From Actinomycetota bacterium (GTDB lineage Bacteria; Actinomycetota; Actinomycetes; JACCUZ01): a DNA stretch of 24,000 nucleotides. The notes under the pieces are model-generated. The model saw nothing but the letters and a program-made list of their open reading frames with translations. It was not told where the DNA came from and made no database searches. Location: positions 5,148-29,147 of the forward strand of contig JAVEDB010000129.1 in NCBI GenBank assembly GCA_030841185.1, written 5' to 3'. The position numbers and the translations under genes are program-made. This document shows, piece by piece, positions 14,373 through 21,607 of the stretch; the first letter of the stretch is position 1; each line of letters starts with the position of its first letter.

Positions 14373-15728
14373 TCACTTGTGCTTCTCGTCCTTGCCCTTT
14401 TTCTTGTCGCCCTTGGCCGGCGCCTGCACGACACTCAGCCGAACCGTGTCGCCGCGATCCAGGGCGCCGACGGGGGAGAGTCCCTTCACCGTACCGACGG
14501 CGCCGCCGCCCTCTGAAGCGACGACCGTCGTGCGCAGGCCCAGGGCGGCCAGCGCCGCCTGAACGTCCGTGAGCGGGCGGCCGATGTAGTCGGCGGCGCG
14601 AACGGTCGCGCGTGCCGATGCCGAGCTGGTGGCCGTGCGGGAGGTCGCGGAGGGGGAGTTGGTTGCGGTTCCCGACGCGTCCTGACCGCAGGACCTGGTG
14701 ACCGCGAGCAGCAGCACCGCGGCTGCGCCGAGCGCCAGGGCGTACGGCAGCCAGCGGGGGAGCGCCCGTTCGGGTGGCAGCAGGAAACCTGGGTCCGTGT
14801 CGTGGCGGGGGCCGCGGGCGGGACCAGCAGCCTCCGCCCTGGTCATCATCCGGGTCACTCCGGCGGCGTCCGACGACGGCAGGGCAGCGGCGCCCGGATC
14901 GCCCGCCGCCCCCGAGGCCTTCAGGGCCAACGCGTTCGCACCGAGCTCAGCCGCACTCCCCGGCCGGTCGGCGGGGTCCTTCTCGAGCATTCGCATGACG
15001 AGCGCCGCCACCGGCGGAGGTACGTCGGCCGGCAGCGCCGGGGGATCCTCCCGGACCTGCGCGAGCGCGACGCTGACCGGGGTGTTCCCGTCGAAGGGCC
15101 GCCGGCCACTGAGGCACTCGTAGGCGACGATGCCCAGCGAGTAGACGTCGCTGGAGGGCGTGACCGATCCACCGCTCGCCTGCTCAGGGGAGATGTAGTA
15201 GGCGGTTCCCATGATCGCGCCGGTCAGCGTGAGCGGGACCGCGTTGGTGGCCCGGGCGATGCCGAAGTCGGTGATCTTGACCGTTCCGTCGGGGCTGATC
15301 ACCAGGTTGCCGGGTTTGACGTCGCGGTGGATGACTCCCCCGTCATGCGCGGCCTGCAACGCGAGACCGGCCTGCCCGATGATGTCCAGCGTCTGCGCGG
15401 CGGGCAGCGCGCCGTCGCGCGCGATCATGGTCGAGAGCGCTTCGCCGGGTACGTGCTCCATCACGATGTACGGCGAGCCGTCCTCCTCGCCGTAGTCGTA
15501 GACGGCTGCGATACCTGAGTGGGACAGGCCCGCGGCGTTGCGGGCCTCGTTGCGGAAGCGCTCCAGGAACGTCGGGTCGTCGGCATACTCGCGGCGCAGG
15601 ATCTTCACCGCGACCGACCGGCCGAGCACCTGGTCGGTCGCCCCCCACACCTCGCCCATGCCGCCGCCGGCAATGCGCGTGGTCAGCAGGTAGCGCTCGC
15701 CGAGCAGGACGTCGGTCTCGGGTTTCAT
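14373..15728 (-). CDS. pknA: Ser/Thr protein kinase, PknA position, with one C-terminal PASTA-like domain and a Lys-rich tail
   Basis: The ATG at 15728 overlaps the pbpA stop (ATGA). MKPETDVLLGERYLLTTRIAGGGMGEVW, VAVKIL, HRDVKPGNLVI, DFGIA and GTAYYISPEQ are present, followed by a Pro/Ala linker and one TM (WLPYALALGAAAVLLLAV). The extracellular part is YIGRPLTDVQAALAALGLRTTVV...GTVKGLSPVGALDRGDTVRLSVV, ending KGDKKKGKDEKHK. The track ORF to 16343 is a false extension into pbpA. Confidence 0.9.
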   Translation of the reverse strand: MKPETDVLLGERYLLTTRIAGGGMGEVWGATDQVLGRSVAVKILRREYADDPTFLERFRNEARNAAGLSHSGIAAVYDYGEEDGSPYIVMEHVPGEALSTMIARDGALPAAQTLDIIGQAGLALQAAHDGGVIHRDVKPGNLVISPDGTVKITDFGIARATNAVPLTLTGAIMGTAYYISPEQASGGSVTPSSDVYSLGIVAYECLSGRRPFDGNTPVSVALAQVREDPPALPADVPPPVAALVMRMLEKDPADRPGSAAELGANALALKASGAAGDPGAAALPSSDAAGVTRMMTRAEAAGPARGPRHDTDPGFLLPPERALPRWLPYALALGAAAVLLLAVTRSCGQDASGTATNSPSATSRTATSSASARATVRAADYIGRPLTDVQAALAALGLRTTVVASEGGGAVGTVKGLSPVGALDRGDTVRLSVVQAPAKGDKKKGKDEKHK

Positions 15729-17176
15729 CGGCCGAGCACCGCCAGCATGACCGCCTTGGCGATGGGCGCGGCGAGCTTGTTGCCGCTGACCTCTGCCGCG
15801 CCGCCGCCGTCCTCGAGCACGACGGCCACGGCGACCTTGGGGTCGTTCACCGGGGCGAAGGACACGAACCAGGCATGCGGCTTGCGGTTGCCACCCTGCT
15901 GCGCGGTGCCCGTCTTGCCGGCGACCTGGATACCGCTGATCTGCGCATTGGTCCCGGTGCCCTTCTCGACCACCGTCACCATCATCTGACCGAGCGTGTC
16001 GGCAGTCCGCGGGCTGATCGCCGTGCTGAGCTCTCGCGGCCGGGTCCGGCTGAGAACGGAAAGGTCGGGGCCGCGCACCTCCTGCACGAGGAAGGGCTTC
16101 ATCAGCACGCCGCGGTTGGCGATGGCCGCGACGACCATTGCCATCTGCAGGGGCGTCGCCCGCACGTCGAACTGCCCGATGGCGGACTGAGCGGTCTGGG
16201 GCTGATCGAGGTTCGCCGGGAACCGGCTGCGCACACTCGGGATCGGCGTGTCCACCACGGCGTTCATCCCGAACTTCTCCGCCTGCCTGCGCAGCGCGAC
16301 CGCGCCCAGGTCCAGGCCGACCTTGCCGAACGCGGCGTTGCACGAGCGCCGCAGCGCATCCTCGAGTGTCGCGGTCTTCCCGAACAGGTTGCAGGGACGG
16401 TTGTCGAAGTTGGGCAGCGAAACGGTGGTCTGGGGCAGGTCGAGCTTGGGCCCGTTGAACACGGGGGTGTCCCGCTGGAACCGCCCGCTCTCGAGGGCGG
16501 CCGCGGCCGTGACGAGCTTGAAGGTGGAACCCGGCGCATAGGTCTGCCGCAGGGCACGATTCAGCATCGGCTTGTTCGGGTCCTTGTTCAGCTGCTGGTA
16601 GGCCTTGCTGACCGCCTGGGTGTCGTGCGAGGCGAGCAACGTCGGGTCGTACGACGGGCTGGTGACCAGCGCGAGGATGGCGCCCGTCGACGGGTCGATC
16701 GCCACGACCGCGCCTCGACGGCCGTGCAGACCGTCGTACGCCGCCTTCTGGGCCCGGGCGTTGAGGGTGAGCTGCACGCTCCCGCCGCGAACCTGCTCAC
16801 CCGTCAGCTGGTCGATGACGCGCCGCACGAAGAGGCTGTCATCGGTGCCGGCCAGGATGGAGTTCTCTGCTGACTCGATGCCGCTCGCGCCGTAGATGAG
16901 CGAGTAGAAGCCAGTTGCCGGGGCGTACAACGGGCCCAGCGGGTAGACCCGCTTGTACTTGAGCCGGTCCTTGGTCGCGACGCTGTTGGCGACCGGCCGG
17001 CCGCCCACCAGGATCGGGCCCCGCTGCCGGGAGTACTCCTCGAAGATGACCCGCGGGTTGGTGGGGTCGTTGCGCAGCGAGTTGGCCCGCACGACCTGTA
17101 GGTAGTTCACATTCAGCAGCAGCAGCCCGAACAGGACCATGACCGCGAGGGCGAGCCGGCGGAGGGGGGCATTCAT
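15725..17176 (-). CDS. pbpA: Class B penicillin-binding protein (D,D-transpeptidase) PbpA
   Basis: 483 aa with an N-terminal TM and the transpeptidase triad STFK, SCN and KTGTA. ATGA overlaps at both ends. Confidence 0.95.
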   Translation of the reverse strand: MNAPLRRLALAVMVLFGLLLLNVNYLQVVRANSLRNDPTNPRVIFEEYSRQRGPILVGGRPVANSVATKDRLKYKRVYPLGPLYAPATGFYSLIYGASGIESAENSILAGTDDSLFVRRVIDQLTGEQVRGGSVQLTLNARAQKAAYDGLHGRRGAVVAIDPSTGAILALVTSPSYDPTLLASHDTQAVSKAYQQLNKDPNKPMLNRALRQTYAPGSTFKLVTAAAALESGRFQRDTPVFNGPKLDLPQTTVSLPNFDNRPCNLFGKTATLEDALRRSCNAAFGKVGLDLGAVALRRQAEKFGMNAVVDTPIPSVRSRFPANLDQPQTAQSAIGQFDVRATPLQMAMVVAAIANRGVLMKPFLVQEVRGPDLSVLSRTRPRELSTAISPRTADTLGQMMVTVVEKGTGTNAQISGIQVAGKTGTAQQGGNRKPHAWFVSFAPVNDPKVAVAVVLEDGGGAAEVSGNKLAAPIAKAVMLAVLGR

Positions 17177-18567
17177 AGCCGCACCACCTGGGTCTTGGCC
17201 TGGTCCAGCGCCGGTGCCGGTGGCGGCGTGGGTCGCCGGGCGGCGTCGCTGATGCGCAACAGCATCGCGATGAGGGCCCAGTTGGCGACGAGCGAGGATC
17301 CGCCGTACGAGAGGAACGGCATCGTCAGGCCGGTCAGTGGGATGAGGCGGGTGACACCGCCGACGACGACGAACACCTGCAGCGCGACGCTGAACGCCAG
17401 CCCGGCGGCGAGCAGCTTTCCGAACGAGTCGCGCACTGCGACGGCGGTCCGCAGGCCGCGCTGCACCATGATCGCGTACACGAGGAGCAACGCCATCAGC
17501 CCCGTGAGTCCCAGTTCTTCACCGATGGCGGCGACGATGAAGTCGGTCTTCGCGAACGGGACGATGTCGGGCCGCCCCTGTCCGAGGCCCTTGCCGAGGA
17601 GCCCGCCGCTGCCCATGCCGAACAGCCCCTGCACGAGCTGGTAGCTGCTGTCGGAGATGTTGCGTGCCGCGAACGGATGGAGCCAGATGTCGACGCGCTG
17701 CTGGACGTGGGCGAACAGCGTCCAGGCGAGGAACGAGCCGCTGAAGAACAGCACCAGGCCGATCAGCAGCCAGGACCGTCGCTCGGTGGCGACGTAGAGC
17801 ATGGCGACGAAGACCCCGAAGAACAGCAACGACGAACCCAGGTCGCGCTCGAAGATCAGGACCGCAAGGCTGGCGGCCCAGGCGACGATGATCGGGCCGA
17901 GGTCGCGCATCCGGGGGAGGTCGACGCCGAGCACCCGACGGCTGGCCAGCGCCAGGACGTCACGCTTGACGACCAGGTACCCGGCGTAGAACACGAGCAG
18001 CACGAGCTTGGCGAGCTCGCCCGGCTGGAACGAGAAGCCCGCAGCGTGGATCCAGATCCGGGCGCCGTTGATCGTCGTACCGATGAACGGCATCAGGGGC
18101 AGCAACAGCAGGACGAGGCCGGCGAGCATCGCGGTGTAGGTGAAGCGCTGCAGCACGCGGTGGTCGCGCACGAGCAGGAGCACCGCGATGAACAGCACGA
18201 CACCTACCGCTGTCCAGGTGAGCTGCGCCGGGGCCGAGGGGGTTGGGGTGTGGCGGCCGAGGCGCTGGGCTCGGTCGATGTCGGCGAGGTCGAGGCGGTG
18301 GATCATGGCGAGGCCGAGCCCGTTGATGAGCGCGGCCGCCGGCAGCAGCACCGGGTCGGCGTCGGGCGCGAAGCGGCGCAGAGCCACGTGCGCGATACCG
18401 AAGAGCAGACCCAGCCCCGCGCCGTAGCCGGCCATGCCGGGTGGGATCGCGCCGTTGCGGGCGAGACCCACCGACGCGTACGCCGCCATCGCTATCGCCA
18501 GGGCGAAGACGAGCAGGACCAGCTCCGCATTGCGCGGGTTGCGGCCGCCGACTGCGCGGGCGTTCAC
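17173..18567 (-). CDS. rodA: SEDS-family peptidoglycan glycosyltransferase (FtsW/RodA/SpoVE)
   Basis: Polytopic membrane protein in the conserved position. The track start at 18582 is a TTG. I prefer the in-frame GTG at 18567, which forms a GTGA overlap with the pstP stop and matches the coupling pattern of the rest of the operon. Confidence 0.9.
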   Translation of the reverse strand: MNARAVGGRNPRNAELVLLVFALAIAMAAYASVGLARNGAIPPGMAGYGAGLGLLFGIAHVALRRFAPDADPVLLPAAALINGLGLAMIHRLDLADIDRAQRLGRHTPTPSAPAQLTWTAVGVVLFIAVLLLVRDHRVLQRFTYTAMLAGLVLLLLPLMPFIGTTINGARIWIHAAGFSFQPGELAKLVLLVFYAGYLVVKRDVLALASRRVLGVDLPRMRDLGPIIVAWAASLAVLIFERDLGSSLLFFGVFVAMLYVATERRSWLLIGLVLFFSGSFLAWTLFAHVQQRVDIWLHPFAARNISDSSYQLVQGLFGMGSGGLLGKGLGQGRPDIVPFAKTDFIVAAIGEELGLTGLMALLLVYAIMVQRGLRTAVAVRDSFGKLLAAGLAFSVALQVFVVVGGVTRLIPLTGLTMPFLSYGGSSLVANWALIAMLLRISDAARRPTPPPAPALDQAKTQVVRL

Positions 18568-19955
18568 GGCGGTCCCCCACAACCGAGCTCCTCGGCCGTG
18601 CTGGGCCGCGGGGTCGGGCTGGCGGTGCCGCTCGCCGTGGGGGTGCCGGAGACGGACGGCGTGGGACTCGGGCTGATCGGCTTGGGGGCGGGCGTCCCGG
18701 CCGCCGAGGAGGTAGCGGACGGCGACGGCGAGGCAGGCGGAGTCGCGGTGGCCTCCGCCCGGCAGATCGCAGCCTGCTCCCGCAGGTTGTGGACGATGCG
18801 CTGGGCATCGGAGAGTCCTTCGGTCGTGATCTTCCCCTTGACACGGGTCCGCTGGTAGTCGGGCAGGTCCGAGAGGGCGATGTCTTCGCGGTGGTAGAGC
18901 TTGCTGGTGCGCAGCGGGCCCACGTCCTCGGTGAGGCCCTTGAAGATGGCGACGTCCTGGTCTGCTGCCCCGACGTAGTACTGGCGCTGCGACCAGGCCC
19001 AGGCGCCGCTGCCGCCGGCCCCCAGGAGGATCAGCAGGAGCACCAGCAGGGAGACGCGTCGCCCCCAGTGCGGCCGGTGCTCCTCGTACCCGGCCGGTGG
19101 GGCGGCGGGGTCACGTTCCTCGAGTGGTGGCGCCAGCGCAGCCGCCTTGGCCGCGGGCGAGTCGGCGGTCGACCGCCGCTCCGGTCCTTCGGCGGCCGCC
19201 CCGACCGTGAGTGGGAGCGCCGAGGGACTCGCTTCGACGTCGACAACGTCCGCGACGATCGCCGTGATGTTGTCCGGTCCGCCGCCGCGCAGCGCCAGCT
19301 CGACCAGCTCCTCGGCAGCTCGCTCGGGGGAGTCGGCCGCGGCCATCGTGTCGCGGATGGTCTCCCGGCTCAGCACGTCGGACAGCCCGTCGCTGCAGAG
19401 CAGGTAGCGGTCACCGGCCCTTGCCTCCCGGATCGACAGGTCGAGCTCGACGTCGCTGCGGCCGTCCAGCGCGCGGACGATCACGTTGCGCTGCGGGTGG
19501 TGGCTGGCCTCCTCCGCGGTGATGCGGCCCTCGTCGACAAGGGTCTGGACGAACGTATGGTCCTTGGTGATCTGCTGGAGCTCGCCGTTGCGCAGCAGGT
19601 AGCCCCGCGAGTCGCCCACGTGCACCAGTCCGAATCGCGACCCGGCGCGCAGCAGCGCCGTCAGCGTCGTGCCCATGCCCTCGAGATCGGGGTCGCCCAC
19701 GACCATGTCGCGGAGGTGGGTGTTGGCGTCCTGCACGGCCGAGGACAGCCGGTCCAGCAGGTCCGGTCCGGGCGAATCGTCATCGAGGGCGGCCAGCATC
19801 GCGACAGCCACGGAGGACGCGACCTCACCGGCAGCGTGCCCGCCCATCCCGTCGGCCAGGACCAACAGCCGGGGCCCGGCGTACCCCGAGTCTTCGTTGA
19901 GCTCGCGCAGCAACCCGATGTCGGAGCGCGCGGCGTAGCGAAGTGCCAGTGCCAT
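18564..19955 (-). CDS. pstP: PP2C-family Ser/Thr phosphatase PstP (membrane-anchored, extracellular C-terminal domain with a Pro/Ser/Thr-rich tail)
   Basis: The in-frame ATG at 19955 gives MALALRYAARSDIGLLRELNEDSGY. DGMGGH and LLCSDGLSD metal-binding motifs are present, with a TM (VSLLVLLLILLGAGGSGAWAW). The track extension to 20090 overlaps fhaB. Confidence 0.95.
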   Translation of the reverse strand: MALALRYAARSDIGLLRELNEDSGYAGPRLLVLADGMGGHAAGEVASSVAVAMLAALDDDSPGPDLLDRLSSAVQDANTHLRDMVVGDPDLEGMGTTLTALLRAGSRFGLVHVGDSRGYLLRNGELQQITKDHTFVQTLVDEGRITAEEASHHPQRNVIVRALDGRSDVELDLSIREARAGDRYLLCSDGLSDVLSRETIRDTMAAADSPERAAEELVELALRGGGPDNITAIVADVVDVEASPSALPLTVGAAAEGPERRSTADSPAAKAAALAPPLEERDPAAPPAGYEEHRPHWGRRVSLLVLLLILLGAGGSGAWAWSQRQYYVGAADQDVAIFKGLTEDVGPLRTSKLYHREDIALSDLPDYQRTRVKGKITTEGLSDAQRIVHNLREQAAICRAEATATPPASPSPSATSSAAGTPAPKPISPSPTPSVSGTPTASGTASPTPRPSTAEELGCGGPP

Positions 19956-19960
19956 CCGGC

Positions 19961-20443
19961 CTACTTCCGCAGCTCGACGGTCGTCTTCCCGATGCGAATC
20001 GGGACACCGATCTTGACCGGTGTGGGACCGCTGACCTTCGCCCGCTCGAGGTAGGTGCCGTTGGTGGAGCCGAGGTCCTCGACCAGCCACTGTCCGTCCC
20101 GCGGGAAGAGGCGGGCGTGGTGCGTGGACACGTAGTCGTCGTCCAGCACGATCGTGGAGTCCTGGGCGCGCCCGAGCGTCACCGGGGCCTGCCCGAGACG
20201 CACGCTCGTGCCGGCGAGGGCGCCCTGGGTGACGACGAGCACGCTCGGCTCGCCGCGGCGGCCCTTGACCGGCTTGGGCGGGCGGGTCGCCCGCGGTGCC
20301 GGGGCGGCTCGCTGGGCGGCCGGACGAGGCGCGACCCGGCGACCGAACAGGTCAGAGCGCATGACGGAAACCGTCGTGAGCACGAACAGCCAGAGCACCG
20401 CGAGAAAGCCCAGCCGGATGACGGTCAGGGTCAGCTCGGACAC
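19961..20443 (-). CDS. fhaB: FHA-domain membrane protein FhaB/FipA
   Basis: The start is set to the GTG at 20443 (VSELTLTVIRLGFLAVLWLFVL), which aligns with the N-terminus of M. tuberculosis FipA and lies after the fhaA stop, with GGGGAGG upstream. C-terminal FHA: GRAQDSTIVLDDDYVSTHHARL...GSTNGTYL. Confidence 0.9.
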   Translation of the reverse strand: MSELTLTVIRLGFLAVLWLFVLTTVSVMRSDLFGRRVAPRPAAQRAAPAPRATRPPKPVKGRRGEPSVLVVTQGALAGTSVRLGQAPVTLGRAQDSTIVLDDDYVSTHHARLFPRDGQWLVEDLGSTNGTYLERAKVSGPTPVKIGVPIRIGKTTVELRK

Positions 20444-20474
20444 GGGCCGCACCACCTCCCCGTGGGACGGGGCG

Positions 20475-21173
20475 TCACCGGTCGCCCGCGTGGAAGGTGA
20501 GGCTCGTGCTGCCGAGCACGACCACGGCACCGTCCTCGAGCCTGGCCTGCTCGACCCGTCGCCCGTCGACGATCACGCCGTTGGTCGAGCCGGCGTCCAC
20601 GATCGTGACGTCCCCGCCCTGGTGACGGACCTCGGCGTGCTCCCGGGAGATCCCGGGGTCGTCGATGCGCAGGTCGGCATCGGTCCCGCGGCCGATCCGG
20701 GTGACGGGGGCGGTGAGCGTGAACGGGGTGCCGTTGACGTCGAGCCAGGGGGCGCCGGTGCGCGCGGGAGCCTCGCTCCTGCTCGGGTCGGCAGCGACGG
20801 CTCCGGCGGCCACCGCACTGCGGACCCGGAAGCGCCCGGTGTCCAGCTCCTCGTCGCGCTCGAACTCCACCGTGACCGGTCCGAGGAACGCGTAGTTCTG
20901 CTCGGCGGCGTGCTCGGTCACCATCGCGGCCAGCTCCTCGCCCAGCGCCACGGCGTAGACGCTGAGGCGCTCGTGGTCGTGCGGCCCGAGGGCGACGGTG
21001 AACTGGTTGGGGACCATGGTCCGGCCGCGCGCGACGATGGCGGCCCGGTCGTCGCACTCGCGCTGGAGTGCGCTGGCGATCTCCACCGGCTGGACCTCGG
21101 CCTTGAACGCACGGGCGAACGGGCGGTTGACCATCTCCTCGATGCGTCGCTCGAATCGCTGGAGGACGCCCAC
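20475..21173 (-). CDS. fhaA: FHA-domain protein FhaA (N-terminal DUF3662-like domain, short linker, C-terminal FHA)
   Basis: MGVLQRFERRIEEMVNRPFARAFKAEVQPVEIASALQRE is the conserved FhaA N-terminus. FHA: GRGTDADLRIDDPGISREHAEV...GSTNGVIVDG. The GTG at 21173 has GAGGAGG 6 nt upstream. The linker is far shorter than in the M. tuberculosis protein. Confidence 0.9.
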   Translation of the reverse strand: MGVLQRFERRIEEMVNRPFARAFKAEVQPVEIASALQRECDDRAAIVARGRTMVPNQFTVALGPHDHERLSVYAVALGEELAAMVTEHAAEQNYAFLGPVTVEFERDEELDTGRFRVRSAVAAGAVAADPSRSEAPARTGAPWLDVNGTPFTLTAPVTRIGRGTDADLRIDDPGISREHAEVRHQGGDVTIVDAGSTNGVIVDGRRVEQARLEDGAVVVLGSTSLTFHAGDR

Positions 21174-21232
21174 GCCTCACCTCCTCGGCCCCGTCGTTGC
21201 TGGTGGTCCACGCCCGGTGGCCTGGTCCGATG

Positions 21233-21238
21233 ATCGTA
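21233..21238 (-). promoter_or_regulatory. Candidate -10 hexamer (TACGAT on the - strand) for the fhaA-pknB operon
   Basis: It fits the actinobacterial TANNNT pattern, about 60 nt upstream of the fhaA GTG, and sits in the loop of a small palindrome (CCTGGT...ACCAGG, 21220-21243). This is a motif match only. Confidence 0.25.
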
Positions 21239-21331
21239 ACCAGGCCCGTTGCGCACGCTCATTCCCCGGTGGCCGCGACCTACGCGACGGGCGGGCCGGA
21301 TCCGGCCTGCGTGTTAGCCTTTCCGCTGCTC

Positions 21332-21415
21332 GCGCGAGTGGCGGAATAGGCAGACGCGCACGGTTCAGGTCCGTGTGCCCGAAAGGGTGTGGGGGTTCAA
21401 CTCCCCCCTCGCGCA
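21332..21415 (+). tRNA. tRNA-Leu (anticodon CAG), class II with long variable arm; 3' CCA not encoded
   Basis: Folded by hand. Acceptor GCGCGAG/CTCGCGC with discriminator A. Anticodon arm CACGG-ttCAGgt-CCGTG. Variable arm around GCCC-gaaa-GGGT. T arm GGGGG-TTCAACT-CCCCC. It is near-identical in layout to E. coli tRNA-Leu(CAG) and occupies the same position as leuT next to fhaA in M. tuberculosis. Confidence 0.95.
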
Positions 21416-21505
21416 CCCAACGCGAGACGGCCTGTCCGCAGCGGCGGCGTCCGGGCGACGACCTCCATCCGCCGCGGATCGCGCGTGTCACGGGACCGTC
21501 ACGAT

Positions 21506-21529
21506 ATAGGTACAAGGCGCTATACCTAT
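21506..21529. promoter_or_regulatory. AT-rich inverted repeat ATAGGTA-N10-TACCTAT, candidate operator or promoter element upstream of the family-5 binding-protein gene
   Basis: ATAGGTA at 21506-21512 and TACCTAT at 21523-21529, flanked by a direct CACGAT repeat. This is the most AT-rich spot in the 21416-21607 spacer. Confidence 0.3.
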
Positions 21530-21538
21530 TACACGATG

Positions 21539-21601
21539 TCCCTGTCCGGCCTTACCGTCCCTGCCACGGCCGGTGCTGACCCAGGCACCCCCGGACAGGG
21601 A
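21539..21601 (+). promoter_or_regulatory. Possible SD-sequestering leader helix (11-bp perfect pairing) in the 5' UTR of the binding-protein gene
   Basis: TCCCTGTCCGG (21539-21549) is the exact reverse complement of CCGGACAGGGA (21591-21601). The latter contains the AGGGAG SD 6 nt before the ATG at 21608. An internal GGTGC...GCACC mini-hairpin lies in the loop. Confidence 0.3.
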
Positions 21602-21607
21602 GTGAAC

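Noticed and set aside
17677-20054. 393-aa (17677..18858) and 537-aa (18441..20054) + strand ORFs, and the 294-aa minus ORF at 17960..18844
   Set aside because: They overlap rodA and pstP, which are unambiguous (SEDS membrane protein and PP2C motifs). Their translations are low-complexity Arg/Gly/Pro/Glu.
20998-21579. ORFs 20998..21579 (+) and 21177..21515 (-) spanning the fhaA/tRNA spacer
   Set aside because: Both run straight through the tRNA-Leu gene and the fhaA 5' end. They have no coding features.
21536-21607. Upstream in-frame ATG at 21536 as the start of the binding-protein gene (adds MSLSGLTVPATAGADPGTPGQGVN)
   Set aside because: It has no SD. The extension would place 24 non-basic residues ahead of an otherwise canonical signal peptide (MRLRQHAVR...). 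The ATG at 21608 has AGGGAG at proper spacing. A leaderless transcript from the AT-rich element cannot be excluded.
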